64,000 bases of DNA, taken from Octopus sinensis (taxonomy: Eukaryota). Shown one piece after another: positions 51,257-62,923 of this stretch. How positions within the stretch are numbered: the first letter of the stretch is position 1; each line of letters starts with the position of its first letter. Location of the stretch: assembly GCF_006345805.1 (NCBI RefSeq), contig NC_043010.1, positions 14,198,001 through 14,262,000 of the forward strand, written 5' to 3'. A program made the translations under genes and the position numbers. Below the pieces are notes generated by a model that ran no database searches, was not told the DNA's origin, and worked only from the letters and a program-made list of their open reading frames with translations.

Positions 51257-51329
51257 ATAATCATGACAACAGCAGTCAGTGTTTGCTCCATTTTGTTGTA
51301 TTTCTTCTTGTTTTTCTTCCCCCTTCAAG

Positions 51330-51627
51330 AGACATCTGCATAGTCAACGCAAACCGAGAGAAGGGGAGAGTTTGTTGGTGGGCTGACATAGACAGAGACA
51401 AATTGTGGACAACAACAACAGCGTCAACAACAACAACATCGATGATGATGATGATGGTCGGTGCCAACCACCACAATGGTCAACTGAGCAACGCCTGCAG
51501 TCTACGCTACATCCAATACACACATTTGTCCCTTTTGCAGAAGGTGTACGACTACCTGCAACAGTTGCTTCAAATTGTGGGAGACGGATGCACAATCTGT
51601 GGCACTGATGAACAGGTCATCGTCAAG
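51330..51627 (+). CDS. Nested unknown gene, exon B
   Basis: ~30-nt pyrimidine tract and aag acceptor (phase 2, matches exon A). Donor aag|gtaaga (phase 0). DICIVNANREKGRVCWWADIDRDKLW...NACSLRYIQYTHLSLLQKVYDYLQQLLQIVGDGCTICGTDEQVIVK. Confidence 0.68.
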
Positions 51628-51640
51628 GTAAGAACAAAGG

Positions 51641-51880
51641 TAAGGCGGCGAGCTGGTGGCAGAAACGTTAGCACGCCGGGCGAAATGCTTAGCGGTATTT
51701 CGTCTGCCGTTACGTTGTGAGTTCAAATTCCGCCGAGGTCGACTTTGCCTTTCATCCTTTCGGGGTCGATAAATTAAGTACCAGTTATGCACTGGGGGTC
51801 GATGTAATCGACTTAATACCTATGTCTGTCCTTGTTTGTCCCCTCTGTGTTTAGCCCCTTGTGGGTAATAAAGAAATAGG
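51641..51880 (+). mobile_element. tRNA-derived SINE family B (~235 bp)
   Basis: AAGGCGGCGAGCTGG head, GAGTTCAAATTCC B box, AAAGAAATAG tail, 12-bp TSD. Other copies at ~9203 (+) and 19298, 21675, 37415, 48953-49552 (trimer), 55998, 57472 (-). Confidence 0.9.
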
Positions 51881-53202
51881 TAAGAACAACGGTGCACACA
51901 CACACACACGTGCATGTGCACACATACACACACAAAGAGATGCACCAAAATCTATGCATGCAGGTGTACACATACACAATCACAGATGCATTCACTAGAA
52001 AACTGGGGCATGAGTCAACAAGCAAGCCTCTATGTGGTTACTCAACTTGCTAAAAATAACAGCCAAGTTTCTCTTAGCATTTAAACCAGCCATATCTGAA
52101 CTACCTGCGATCGGGTATTCAGTCCAATTATTTCTATGTCCCCGCGCATGATACAGCCTTAAGACATTTATTGGATGGCCGTTGACTCTCAAGAGTTCCT
52201 CCGCCCTTTGACGGGTTCTGTTTTTCATCCCACAGGGTGTCCAATAAACACCCTCCTCACCAAGCAAGCTTGGTTTAGTCGCTGACGACCCAACCATGCA
52301 ACAGTTTGTACTGGGTTACATGTTACCAGTGGCACTCAAAGGTGACCTGACATAACACATATGTATACATACATACAAACAAACACACATAATCACAAGT
52401 GTTTTGTATGTGAAGAATATGTATGTATATGTGTGCGTGTGCGTGTGTCATCATCATCATTTAACATTTGTATTCCATGCTGGCATTGGTTGGACTGTTC
52501 AACAGCCCCAGTGCTGTGTGGTCTCCAACGTCCGCCGGTTGCCCTTCCTAACACCAACCACTTTACAGGGTATAACAGCAGCATTTTTCCATGGTACCAG
52601 CAAAAAACTAAAGAACCCTCTCAAGCCCTGCATTGCCACTACTCCAAATGATTACCAATCTGTAAAAGGGGACAGGGCACCTTGCAGCTCGCAAAGTAAA
52701 AGAGTGACCCCATAATAGAAAGAACAGATTCATTGTTGTGAGAGGACGCTGATGGAGAGAATAACAGAGGGAACGGTTTGGGAGTAGGAGTAATGGAAAC
52801 AGGGAAAGAGGAAAGGGAGGGGGTCCAAAGCGTAATGGTGAAGGGGTAGGTTGAGTTGATGGACCTAGTGGAATATATGCATGTGTGTGTGTGTGTGTGT
52901 GTGTGTGAGAAGGTTATATCAAGCTAAAATCTGGTGATGTTGTTTGTGTCATGTCTCTTTATGACCTGTAAATTAGTGGTGCAACAAATGGAGATCAATA
53001 AAAATAACTGTAGTCAATTAAATCAACTAAAGTATTTGATTTAATTAACTCAAAGCATAAAGATACACCAATAAATATTGCAGAGCATTTTGTCCATCAC
53101 CCTAAAAATTCTGCCAGGGTACAACCAATATGTGCCATATTTACTCATGTATAAGTCGCACCCCTAATTTAGTGTTATATCTTGGTACAAATTTTTTCCT
53201 GC

Positions 53203-53450
53203 CATCATCATCATCATCATCATTGTTCGACTGAGGTCGAGACAATGGAATTTACTATGCTACGCCAGACTTCACAGTCCATCATAGCATTACAGAGGTC
53301 TTGTTGCTGGATGCCTGTATCCCTGGAATTACATCAGGGTAGGAGAGTGTGCGCCCTCTGGTATCACGAGTAGATGGCTTCCAGAGGAGAAGAGTAGAAA
53401 TTGCCTCGTTTTCCTGCCATAGCTTTGCTCCATGTATAAACCGTATGCCA
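53203..53450 (-). mobile_element. RTE-type LINE 3' end with (GAT)n tail
   Basis: LLLWKPSTRDTRGRTLSYPDVI...DTGIQQQDLCNAMMD.EVWRSIV with a frameshift, followed by the microsatellite tail. Confidence 0.72.
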
Positions 53451-54121
53451 GGTTTTTAAGTTAAAATCATATAACATATTGCAACAAAGGGCACCATTCG
53501 AGCGTGATCGTTACCAGCGTCGCCTTACTGGCACTTGTGCCCGTGCTAGTAGGGTGCCAAGAGCACCATCCGAGTGTGATCGTTGACAGAGCGGCTAACC
53601 GGCTTCCATGCCAGTGGCACGTAAAAGGGCTCCATTTGAGCGTGATCGTTACCAAAGTCGCCTTACTGGCATGTGTAAATGGATTCAAGCGAGGTCGTTG
53701 CCAGTACCCCCTGACTGGCCTCCTTGCCGGTGGCACATAAAAAGCACCCACTACACTCTCAGAGTGGTTGGCGTTAGGAAGGGCATCCAGCTGTAGAAAC
53801 TCTGCCAAATCAAGATTGGAGCCCGGTGCAACCATCTGGTTCGCCAACCCTCAGTCAAAATCGTCCAACCCATGCTAGCATGGAAAGCGGACGTTAAACG
53901 ATGATGATGATGATGACATGACTAAATACAATATTAGTAAAAAAAATATTTTGTTGCAAAAGATGAACTTAGTAGTGAAAAACATTATAACTTTTGTATT
54001 GGATTGGTGCATAATTAATGACTTTTTTTTTCTATTTTAAATAAAACTTGTAAATTAAATTATAAAATGTTCGTTAATTATGCACCGACCCAATAATTTT
54101 TTTCCCGTGATATCATTTCAG

Positions 54122-54451
54122 ATTCTGATGGTAAAAGATGCCATAGATTTATGGCTCAGATGCCAAAGAGATGAAATGTTGGACGAAAATGAATCTGATG
54201 AGGAAAGAGATACCAAGGAAGCTGAAGACACAAAGGGTTCAACAGATATCGACAGTCTGGTGGCCGAGGGCAAGAAGGGCTCTAGCATGACCCTGAGTAG
54301 TAACAGCAGCAGTAGTAGCAACAAATATGCAGTTTGTCTCAACACCTTAATAGTGGACAGAGATGGCATGCTTGGTGCTGGCAGGAACCGCTCCAAGAGC
54401 CAGCTGCTCGATGCTGTCCAAGAAGGGGACGGCACTAGAGCCACGACATGA
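54122..54451 (+). CDS. Nested unknown gene, exon C (terminal)
   Basis: atttcag acceptor, phase 0. ILMVKDAIDLWLRCQRDEMLDENESDEE...GTRATT*. AATAAA at 54583 and 54633. Confidence 0.68.
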   Translation: MLMVKDAIDLWLRCQRDEMLDENESDEERDTKEAEDTKGSTDIDSLVAEGKKGSSMTLSSNSSSSSNKYAVCLNTLIVDRDGMLGAGRNRSKSQLLDAVQEGDGTRATT

Positions 54452-54740
54452 GCCTACGTACTTGAACAAACGGGTGTTTAATGGAGCAAGAATCTCCATC
54501 AAATTTGACTGTTGGACATCACAGTGATACACACCTCAGTCCTCTCTCGTTTACCCAAAAAAAAAAAAAACAAAACAAAAACAATAAAAACAATCATCAC
54601 TGAAAAAGGATCTTAGAGTTTTAGAATCAGGAAATAAAGAATAAGTTAAACCTTGTTTGTTTTAGAGTTACTTGGTGTACTACAACCATACAACCTTATG
54701 ACCACAACATGCATTCGCTACCACCACCACCACATAATTA

Positions 54741-55156
54741 GGATCTTTTCGGTTTGAACGGCAGTTTTTAACATAATTTCTAGGTAACTAAAAAAATTTT
54801 AAACTTCGTATACTGGTAGAATGTGTTTATAAAACATCTTTTTCTCTTGGCTTTATTGAGAAAATTCTATAGTTTGTAAGATATTTGTTGTTTTTTTTCT
54901 TCAATTTCTGCAATTTCAACCAATCAATGACATCCATTGAGGTGAAAACATTCTGTGCCGTATGAATATGTCCCTCGTTTAAGAAACAGATTGGGTTTAT
55001 TTACATTTGTGAAGAAAAAAAGATACCCTTCCACCACCCCTAACCCTAACCTTAAAAGAGATTGAAATGCAATAGATCGATACTAGGGTCATAATTATGG
55101 GTGACAATTGCATATGACACCGCTAGAAAAAACTGCTGTTCAAACCGAAAGGATCC
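54741..55156 (+). mobile_element. MITE family D with GG..CC termini and 8-bp TSD (Merlin-like)
   Basis: ~29-bp TIR GGATCTTTTCGGTTTGAACGGCAGTTTTT; TSD CATAATTA. Confidence 0.8.
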
Positions 55157-55599
55157 CATAATTATATTAGTTGAAGGCACGAGGCTTAGTGGTTAGGGTA
55201 TTCAGCTCACAATTGTATAGTCAGGAGTTTGATACTCAGTATTGCATTGTGTCCTTGAGCAAGACCCTTCATTCCATGTTGTTCCAATCCACTCAACAGG
55301 CAAAAACGAGTAGTGCCTGTATTTCAAACAGCCAACCTTGTCGCATTCAGTATCACATTGAAAATCCCTGAGAACTTTGTTAGGGATATGCTTAGCCCCT
55401 TGCATCTTAATTTCACAAGCAGGCTGCTCTGCTGATTGGCTCAACTGGAACCCTTGTCATCATATTAGTCCTCGCTACCACACTAAATAGCCACATTACC
55501 CAAATTACATCGCTCATCCTCACCACTACATTACACCACGTACTATGTCTTCACTACTTACCGCATTACACCAAACATCCATACAGCCCTACACTTGTC

Positions 55600-55816
55600 C
55601 TCAGGGGTGCTGAAAAGTTCTTGGCATTGGGTAAAAGAAAATACAGGAGGAATCACTAAATTATAATTTTATCTAACATATTCCCCTCTCGGATTCACAC
55701 ACTTATTGCAGTGGTCCTTCAGTTTTTCTAAGCCCTGTGAAAGAACTTGGAAGGTTGGACCTCCAGCCAGGCCTTTCACGACACCCTTAAAGCCAAGAAC
55801 TTTTCAGCATCCTCTC
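55600..55816. mobile_element. Mariner-like MITE
   Basis: AGGGGTGCTGAAAAGTTCTTGGC / GCCAAGAACTTTTCAGCATCCT terminal repeats. Confidence 0.65.
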
Positions 55817-56562
55817 ATATACATGTACTCAGAGCAACATTATACACCCTAGGCATTACTATAAATCTGTATATTCCACACATCCTCATTACCATACCAC
55901 ACCATCAAACCTACACTCCAATCAGAGGGTTACTTCAGGGCAATATTTCAAAGTCAGCAACAAGGACAAGGACCAGGACCTTGAGACTTTTTAGGATACA
56001 TATTTCTTTACTACCCACAAGGGGCTAAACATAGAGGGGACAAACAAGGACAGACAAAGGGATTAAGTCGATTACATCGACCCCAGTGTGAAACTGGTAC
56101 TTTATTTATCGACCCCGAAAAGATGAAAGGCAAAGTCGACCTCGGCAGAATTTGAACTCACAACGTGATGACAGACAAAATACCGCTAAGCATTTCGCCT
56201 GGCGCGCTAACGTTTCTGCCAGCTATAGAAGCTACAATTACTTGCAAATATTTCCTTAATTAATGAAATAACAGCAGCAGCAGCAGCCACAGAAGCTGCA
56301 GTAATCACTGCTGCTGCAGCTGCTGTTGCCAATGCCAGTACCACTTCAAAAACTTTGGGTGTCTTAAGCCAATAAGGTTGCCTTTACGTGGTCTCTAGAA
56401 TCTGCTGAAAACAGCAGCTAAGTTTCCCTTAAATCTCACCCTGCTGTCTTACGAAAAAGGTCAGTTTGGATGATGTAGTCTTCGATACACTATGGGAAAA
56501 AGATGGAATAGTATGGATAGAATGTCTGATCCAGGGGTGAGACAACAACTGCTCTCCTTCAC

Positions 56563-56598
<36 letters not shown>

Positions 56599-56646
56599 AA
56601 TACACATACAAAATGAGATAAAGCAGAATACAAAGGATTAGCATAC

Positions 56647-56712
56647 ATGAAAGAGGTCCTTGTCACTTGGTTGCACAGCCAGTATGTCATAGGCTTGGAT
56701 GTCTGCAGAATG
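56647..56712 (-). CDS. RPP30: RPP30 exon (66 nt)
   Basis: HSADIQAYDILAVQPSDKDLFH versus human ..RLYDVVAVFPKTEKLFH. cttacag acceptor, gtatgc donor. Confidence 0.93.
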
Positions 56713-59469
56713 CTGTAAGAACACAAGAACAACGAAGAGAATGGTTAATGAAATTGCAACATGGCAGCACTGAAGATGAAGAAGAGGTACGTGAAGCAAT
56801 GCAAATGGCACACAGACAGGTCAAACTAACTAACGCAAAAGACCTTCATTTTATCATCACTATCATCATCATCATCATCATCAACATTTAACGTCCGTTC
56901 TCCATGCTAGCATGGGTTGGACGGTTCGACCGGGGATCTGGGAAGCCAGAAGGCTGCACCAGGCTCCGGTCTTATCTGGCAATGTTTCTACAGCTGGATG
57001 CCCTTCCTAACGCCAACCACTCCGTGAGTGTAGTGGGTGCTTTTTACGTGCCACCTGCACTGGTGCCAGGCGAGGCTGGCATCGGCCACGGTCGGATTGG
57101 TGCATTTTACGTGCCACCTGCACGGAAGCCAGTCGAGGTGGCACTGGCTTCGGCCACGATTCGGATGGTGCTTTTTACGTACCACCGACACGGATTACTT
57201 AACTCCAATGCAGCTCTGATTGATTAGATTGTAACAAGATGAGAGTCTCAGGAACACTTGAGGGGTGTTTGGTCTTATCTTGTCACATACAAGTCGAAGA
57301 AAAGGAACCAAAAATCCGCCTGTCTTCAATAACAATAAAGAGTACTTTATTCTTCGGGTTCACAGGTAAAATATATACATATATATTTCTTAAGGGCGAA
57401 CCGGCAGCCAAGTCCACAGGACTGTACACAAATGTTCACTCAGGCGAGCCAAGAAGATACGGTCTCCGCTCCTATTTCTTTACTACCCACAAGGGGCTAA
57501 ACACAGAGAGGACAAACAAGGACAGACAAACGGATTAAGTCAATTATATCAACCCCAGTACTTATTTAATAGACCCCGAAAGGATGAAAGGCAAAGTCGA
57601 CCGCGGCAGAATTTGAACTCAGAACATAACGGCAGACGAAATACCGCTAAGCATTTCGCCCGGCATGCTAACGTTTGTGCCACCTCTCCGCCAAGAAGAT
57701 ACGATCTCCGCTCCTGCTTCGAAGAGAGCTTCTCTATGCGTAGGGTTTTCCCTGAGAGAAGTTTTAGTCACATCCGTTCGTTAGGGCTGCTCTCCCAAAA
57801 AAGGACAGATTTAGCGGAGACGCTTTCAGGTTGCAGTTCCTGCGTATGCACATGAGGGAACTTCTGGCGGTCTACCAGAAGCAATCCAATTCTGCGCATG
57901 CACGCTGAAACTTCCACAACAGCGTCACTACAAGATCTATAATCAAACATGTTCCAATCATAACTATTCCATTCATTTGTGAGATATTCTTGCCTTAACT
58001 CCACTACCCAAAGTTTCTTATTAAATGGATAGGATGTGCTCTGAGAGAAATGTGGCTGCTGTTTCTAGCTTGTCAAGCAATCCCCTAGAGGATTCTTCAG
58101 TGGCTCTTGTCATAGTGTCAAGTGTATTTTGTTAGTTGACTTCCATAGTTAGTGGGGCTATGATATGAAGCTAGCAATCTCAACATAGCTGAACATATAT
58201 TAACCCACCTCATCAAAGGAGAGCAAACTTTACTCAGTTTGTGGATAAAGATTTAGCTGTTATTTTCAACAGATCAAGTGATGACATAAAAGCCAATCCC
58301 TTGACCATGTGGTTGCTACCCCAAGAACAGCAGACCAAGTAACCACACATAATACCCATTTCTGGATTATACGGGCCTCTACTTCAATGACAACATGGAT
58401 GTTGTTACAGAAATTTAGCAGTTAGGTGTAGGAGTGGCTGTGTGGTAAGTAGCTTGCTTACCGACCACATGGTTCAGGGTTCAGTCCCACCGCGTAGCAC
58501 CTTGGGCAAGTGTCTTCTACTATAGCCTCGGGCCGACCAAAGCCTTGTGAGTGGATTTGGTAGACGGAAACTCAAAAAAGCCCGTTGTATAGATGTATAT
58601 ATATATGTATGTGTGTGTGTGTTTGTGTATCTGTGTTTGTCCTCCCAACATTGCTTGACAATCGCTTGGCAACGCCCGGTCATAGTGCTAGTAGGAAATA
58701 TTCTGCTCAATACTACAGATTTGTTTGTCACTTGCTTGACCATAACTACTTGAGCATGTCCCTTAGTGGCTAACAATATGTGCATCTCTGATCATGAGCA
58801 GGAGGAGTGGGGGAGTATCAGAGCCATGTGTTGAGAGGGATTCTTTGGGGTTTGAATAAATGTAACAAATGCAAATTTTGAAGGAAATAGTAACCATTTT
58901 CCCATACGCTCTCAGGGTAAGCAAATAGGAAATAACACTTGCTACCCCAAAAACAAAAATCGTGTTACACAGTGTTATCAATTAACTTTGAAAGTAATCA
59001 AAAATTTAAAGAGATTAAGTTTATTAACCCTTTCGTTACCAACCCGGCTGAAACCGGCTCTGGTTCTGTAGTACAAATGTCTTGTTTTCATAAGTTCTGA
59101 ATTAAAATCTTCCACCAAACCTTAGTCACAATTTATGTTCCGAACACTAGCTTAATGATAACTAAGTTATTTTACTAAATTCTCTATTATATTTAAGATT
59201 AAATGAAAGAAACACAGAGCATCTCAACAGAAATACGGTAACAAAAGGGTTAATTAACTGACTTTTTTCCTATTAATCTGGTATGTGGAACACATCAAAA
59301 GGTTCTTAAATAAAATTGCAATGGAAGGTTTCAATTTAAATATGATTAGATTAAAACAGGGCTTTTAGTACAAAAAAAAATCGAAAATGGGGTAGGGGTC
59401 TTCAAACAGGTTGGTATTAAATGGGTTAACATACTCTCACAACAAAAAACAGGTAAAAAAATTACTCAC

Positions 59470-59544
59470 CAAATTATGAACCTGCTCTGCCTTGGAGAAT
59501 ATTAAAGTCAAACGAGAGAGCTGCTTCAGTTTGGAACCTGTATC
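59470..59544 (-). CDS. RPP30: RPP30 exon (75 nt)
   Basis: DTGSKLKQLSRLTLIFSKAEQVHNL versus human GKSRPIKILTRLTIIVSDPSHCNVL. tgcag acceptor, gtgagt donor. Confidence 0.92.
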
Positions 59545-59713
59545 CTGCAGCATAAGAGAGTACAACATAATATAATTTGTGTAGAAGAGGTACAATATTA
59601 TATATACTGTGGTGTGGAAGTACAATATTATAAGTAGTAGGTGATCAATAAGGACCAAGATACCTGGCACTTTGCTGTATTCAAGAAGACCCGTCCTTCA
59701 CAGCAGAAGTGTT

Positions 59714-60062
59714 AGGAGGTGCAATGGCCCAATGGTTAGGGCAGCGGACTCGTGGTCGGAGGATCGCGGTTTCGATTCCCAGACCGGGCTTTGTGTGTGT
59801 TTATTGAGGGAAAACACTTAAAGCTCCACGAGGCTCTGGCGGGGGGGGGGGACCCCTGTTGTACTCTTTCGCTCACTCTTTCTTCCTGTTTCTTGTCCCC
59901 CCGACTTCCTACGCAACCGCTGAGCCTGGATGCGCATTCATCCATCCGTCGATGCTCTCGGAGTCGGGGGTTGACCTGCTTTCTCTTCTGTGGGTCTTAC
60001 GAATAGCAAAGGACCACGTTTCGGACTTCTCCAAATGCTCAACAAATAAACAAGCAAGCAGA
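59714..60062 (+). mobile_element. tRNA-derived SINE family G (related copy at 10933-11135)
   Basis: TGGCCCAATGG A box, GGTTTCGATTCC B box, (CAAG)n-like tail. Confidence 0.75.
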
Positions 60063-60869
60063 AGTGTTAAGGTCACTACCCCTGGTGAAGAGGATTATCC
60101 TGTGGGAGTTGTGTCCCAGTGCCACATTAAAGCGTTTGTTCAGTGCCATGTTAAAAGCACCCAGCACACACTGTAAACTGGTTCGCATTGGGAAGGGCAT
60201 CCAGCTGTAGAAATCAAGCCAAATCAGACGGGAACTGGTGCCGCTCTCCAGCTTTGGCTAAACTATCCAACCCATACCAGCATGGAAAACAAACATTAAA
60301 AGATGACAATGATGATATATACATACATACCACACTCATGTATATTTATTCCACACACATTTTCTATACCATATTTTTATAGACAATAGCCTTGTTGGGC
60401 ATATCAGTTCAATATACTATTGATTGTGTAAAGGCAAAATTCACACAGGCATCCAGCTGTAGAAACTCTGCCAAATCAAGACTGGAGCCTGGTGCAGCCA
60501 TCTGATTCGCCAGCCCTCAGTCAAAATCATCCAACCCATGAAAAGTAGACGTTAACCCTTTCGTTACCAACCCGGCTAAAACCGGCTCTGGCTCTTTAGT
60601 ATAAATGTCTTGTTCCCATAAGTTTTGAATTAAAATCTTCCACCAAACCTTAATCACAATTTATGTTCCTAACACTAGCTTAATGATAACGAAGTTATTT
60701 TACTAAATTCTTTGTTATATTTAAAACAATCGAAAGAAACATAGAGCATCTCAAAATAAATATGGTAATGAAAGGGTTAAACGATGATGATGACGACCAC
60801 CACCACCACTGCCACCACCATTTAATGTTCAATTTTCATGCTGGCATGGATTTAACAGTTTGAATAAAT

Positions 60870-61245
60870 AATAATAATGATAATAATAAACATTGTGTAC
60901 AGTGCTCAGGTGCACTACAACTCATCTAAAGTGCATATATAATCAGGTGTAGTTTCGAGGGATTTCGGAAAGCATGAGGGCCTTAAAGGATGCAGTGTCA
61001 TGGCAGTCAACGACTGACGCAGGCAGTTTATTCCATGCTTCAGCAACTCTGAGCGTGAAGAAATGTTTCCGAAAGCCATGGGAGCTGTGTTGTTTTCTGA
61101 CTTTGTAGGCATGTCCACGTGTGTTAGACACATGGAGATCAAAAAGGTGTTCAGTGTTGTTATTGGTGAGGTGGTTGACAACTTTGTGGGCGTTTACCAA
61201 GTCCGTCGCCAGGCGCCGGAGCTTCAGTGAATCCATGCCCAGGGA
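60870..61245 (-). mobile_element. CR1-type LINE 3' end
   Basis: ORF 60943-61236, MDSLKLRRLATDLVNAHK...NTRGHAYK...WNKLP. Confidence 0.88.
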
Positions 61246-61429
61246 AACAAGGCGCTCAGAATATGAATGGAAATGGTGAGTCAGGGGCCTGTACCAAGCA
61301 CCAATGTCTGTTTAACCATGGTTGCCTTTCTTTATGCCAACCAATTTACAGAGTATATAGTGGGTGCTTTTTATATACACGATCATCATCGCAGCATTCA
61401 GATTACTCTGATAAATGTATTGATTATCT

Positions 61430-61758
61430 ATTTACCAACGTCGCTTCACTGGCATCTGTGCCAGTGACACGTGTAAAAAGATTTGAGCGAGGTCATTGCC
61501 AGTACCACCTGACTGGCCCATGTGTAAAAATTCGAGCAAGGTCGTTGCCAGTACCACCTGAATGCCCCCTGTGCCGGTGGCACGTAAAAAGCACCCACTA
61601 TACTCTCGGAGTGGTTGGCGTTAGGAAGGGCATCCAGCTGTAGAAACTCTGCCAGATCAAGATTGGAGCCTGGTGCAGCCATCTGATTCGCCAGCCCTCA
61701 GTCAAAATCATCCAACCCATGCTAGCATGGAAAGCGGACGCTAAACGATGATGATGAT
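61430..61758 (+). mobile_element. (GAT)n-tailed interspersed repeat family C (probably RTE-mobilised, non-autonomous); about 12 copies
   Basis: Shared GTTGGCGTTAGGAAGGGCATCCAGC core, internal ACGTGCCACCGGCAC subrepeats, GCGGACGTTAAACGATGATG end. Copies near 18160, 19511, 19737, 20935, 35000, 36490, 46605, 48000, 53480, 56860, 60450. Confidence 0.8.
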
Positions 61759-62845
61759 TGCTTTGAATGAATCAGGCCTTATTTCATAGCTTCAAGATTT
61801 TGATGATGTGACTATTTATTTTTAGAATTACATTGTAGGATAGGTGTGAGAGGTCAGATCTGGCTGGTTTAAGCATACAATGGAGAAGAATACTTGGGTC
61901 TGATATGGCCCCTGTTTAAACACTAAAGGGTTAAAAAGCCTAAAAGACTTAGTAAAGCAATATTAGTATTGTGATCATTTAGAACCATCACATGATGTCA
62001 GGACAAGAATATAGACACACGTGTGTGTGTGTGTGTATGTGTGTATATATATATATATATGAGAGAGACCCCCTTCGGTCATGAATGACCATGGGATTGC
62101 ACCTAGAAAGTTCCTCTCTGAGGCACAAGTCCAGACAAGGTTGTTTATGGAAGACCAGCAGTTGCCCATGCATACCAGCGTCTCTATGCCTCTGATGTTA
62201 TCCAAGGGACAAGCAAAGGACAACACAGCTCGGCACTACTGATGTCGCAACTCATTACTACAGCTGAGTGAACTGGAGCAAAATGAAATAAAGTGTCTTG
62301 CTCAAGGACACAACACACAGCCTGTTCCAAGAACCAAACTCACTACCTCATGACTATGAGCCTGACACTAACCACTAAGCCACGGGCCTTTAAGCATATA
62401 TATGAAACCCACACATCCCACTTTTATATATATATAGTTAATCCAAACAAGAAAGCACAAAAAAACACAACAACGCGAGGACGTGGAACAAATATAGTAT
62501 TATTGGATGCTCAGGAAAGAAGGAAAGAAGGTGGGTTTAACATTTCGAGCGGAGCTCTTCATCAGAAACATAGGAGAAGGAAAGATCCAGAGAAGGGAAG
62601 ACAGAGGAAAAAAAATCGCCAACGGTACACATGAGGTCACACGATGGGCTTCTCTCAATTTTTGTCAGCCAAATCCACTCACAAGGCTTAGCCTGGAAAT
62701 ATAGTACAGGACACTTGCCCAAAGTGCTGTGCAATGGAACTGAACCCAAGACCACATGGTAAGGAAGCAAGCTTCTTAACCACATGTATATATTTGATAT
62801 TATTCCTTCTTTTCCTCTCTCTCTCTCCCTGTATGTTATACTTAC

Positions 62846-62923
62846 AATGAGCTGCACGTTACTGTGTAGTCTTAACTTCTGTTCCGGTAAAAGAATGTCA
62901 CGGGGATCTTTTAGCTGCTTCTT
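62846..62923 (-). CDS. RPP30: Probable RPP30 exon (78 nt); upstream exons lie beyond the window
   Basis: atattcag acceptor, gtaagt donor, phase 0/0. KKQLKDPRDILLPEQKLRLHSNVQLI falls in a poorly conserved linker, so homology is weak. Confidence 0.65.

Noticed and set aside
50805-51260. Poly-Val, poly-Thr and His/Tyr-rich ORFs (mucin-like or histidine-rich protein)
   Set aside because: Produced by a trinucleotide array with no stop in these frames; a strong acceptor at 51329 places exon B downstream.
55030-55055. CCCTAACCCTAA telomere-like repeats (also near 18060)
   Set aside because: Only about 2 units; the 55-kb ones are an internal part of MITE family D. Not an interstitial telomere.
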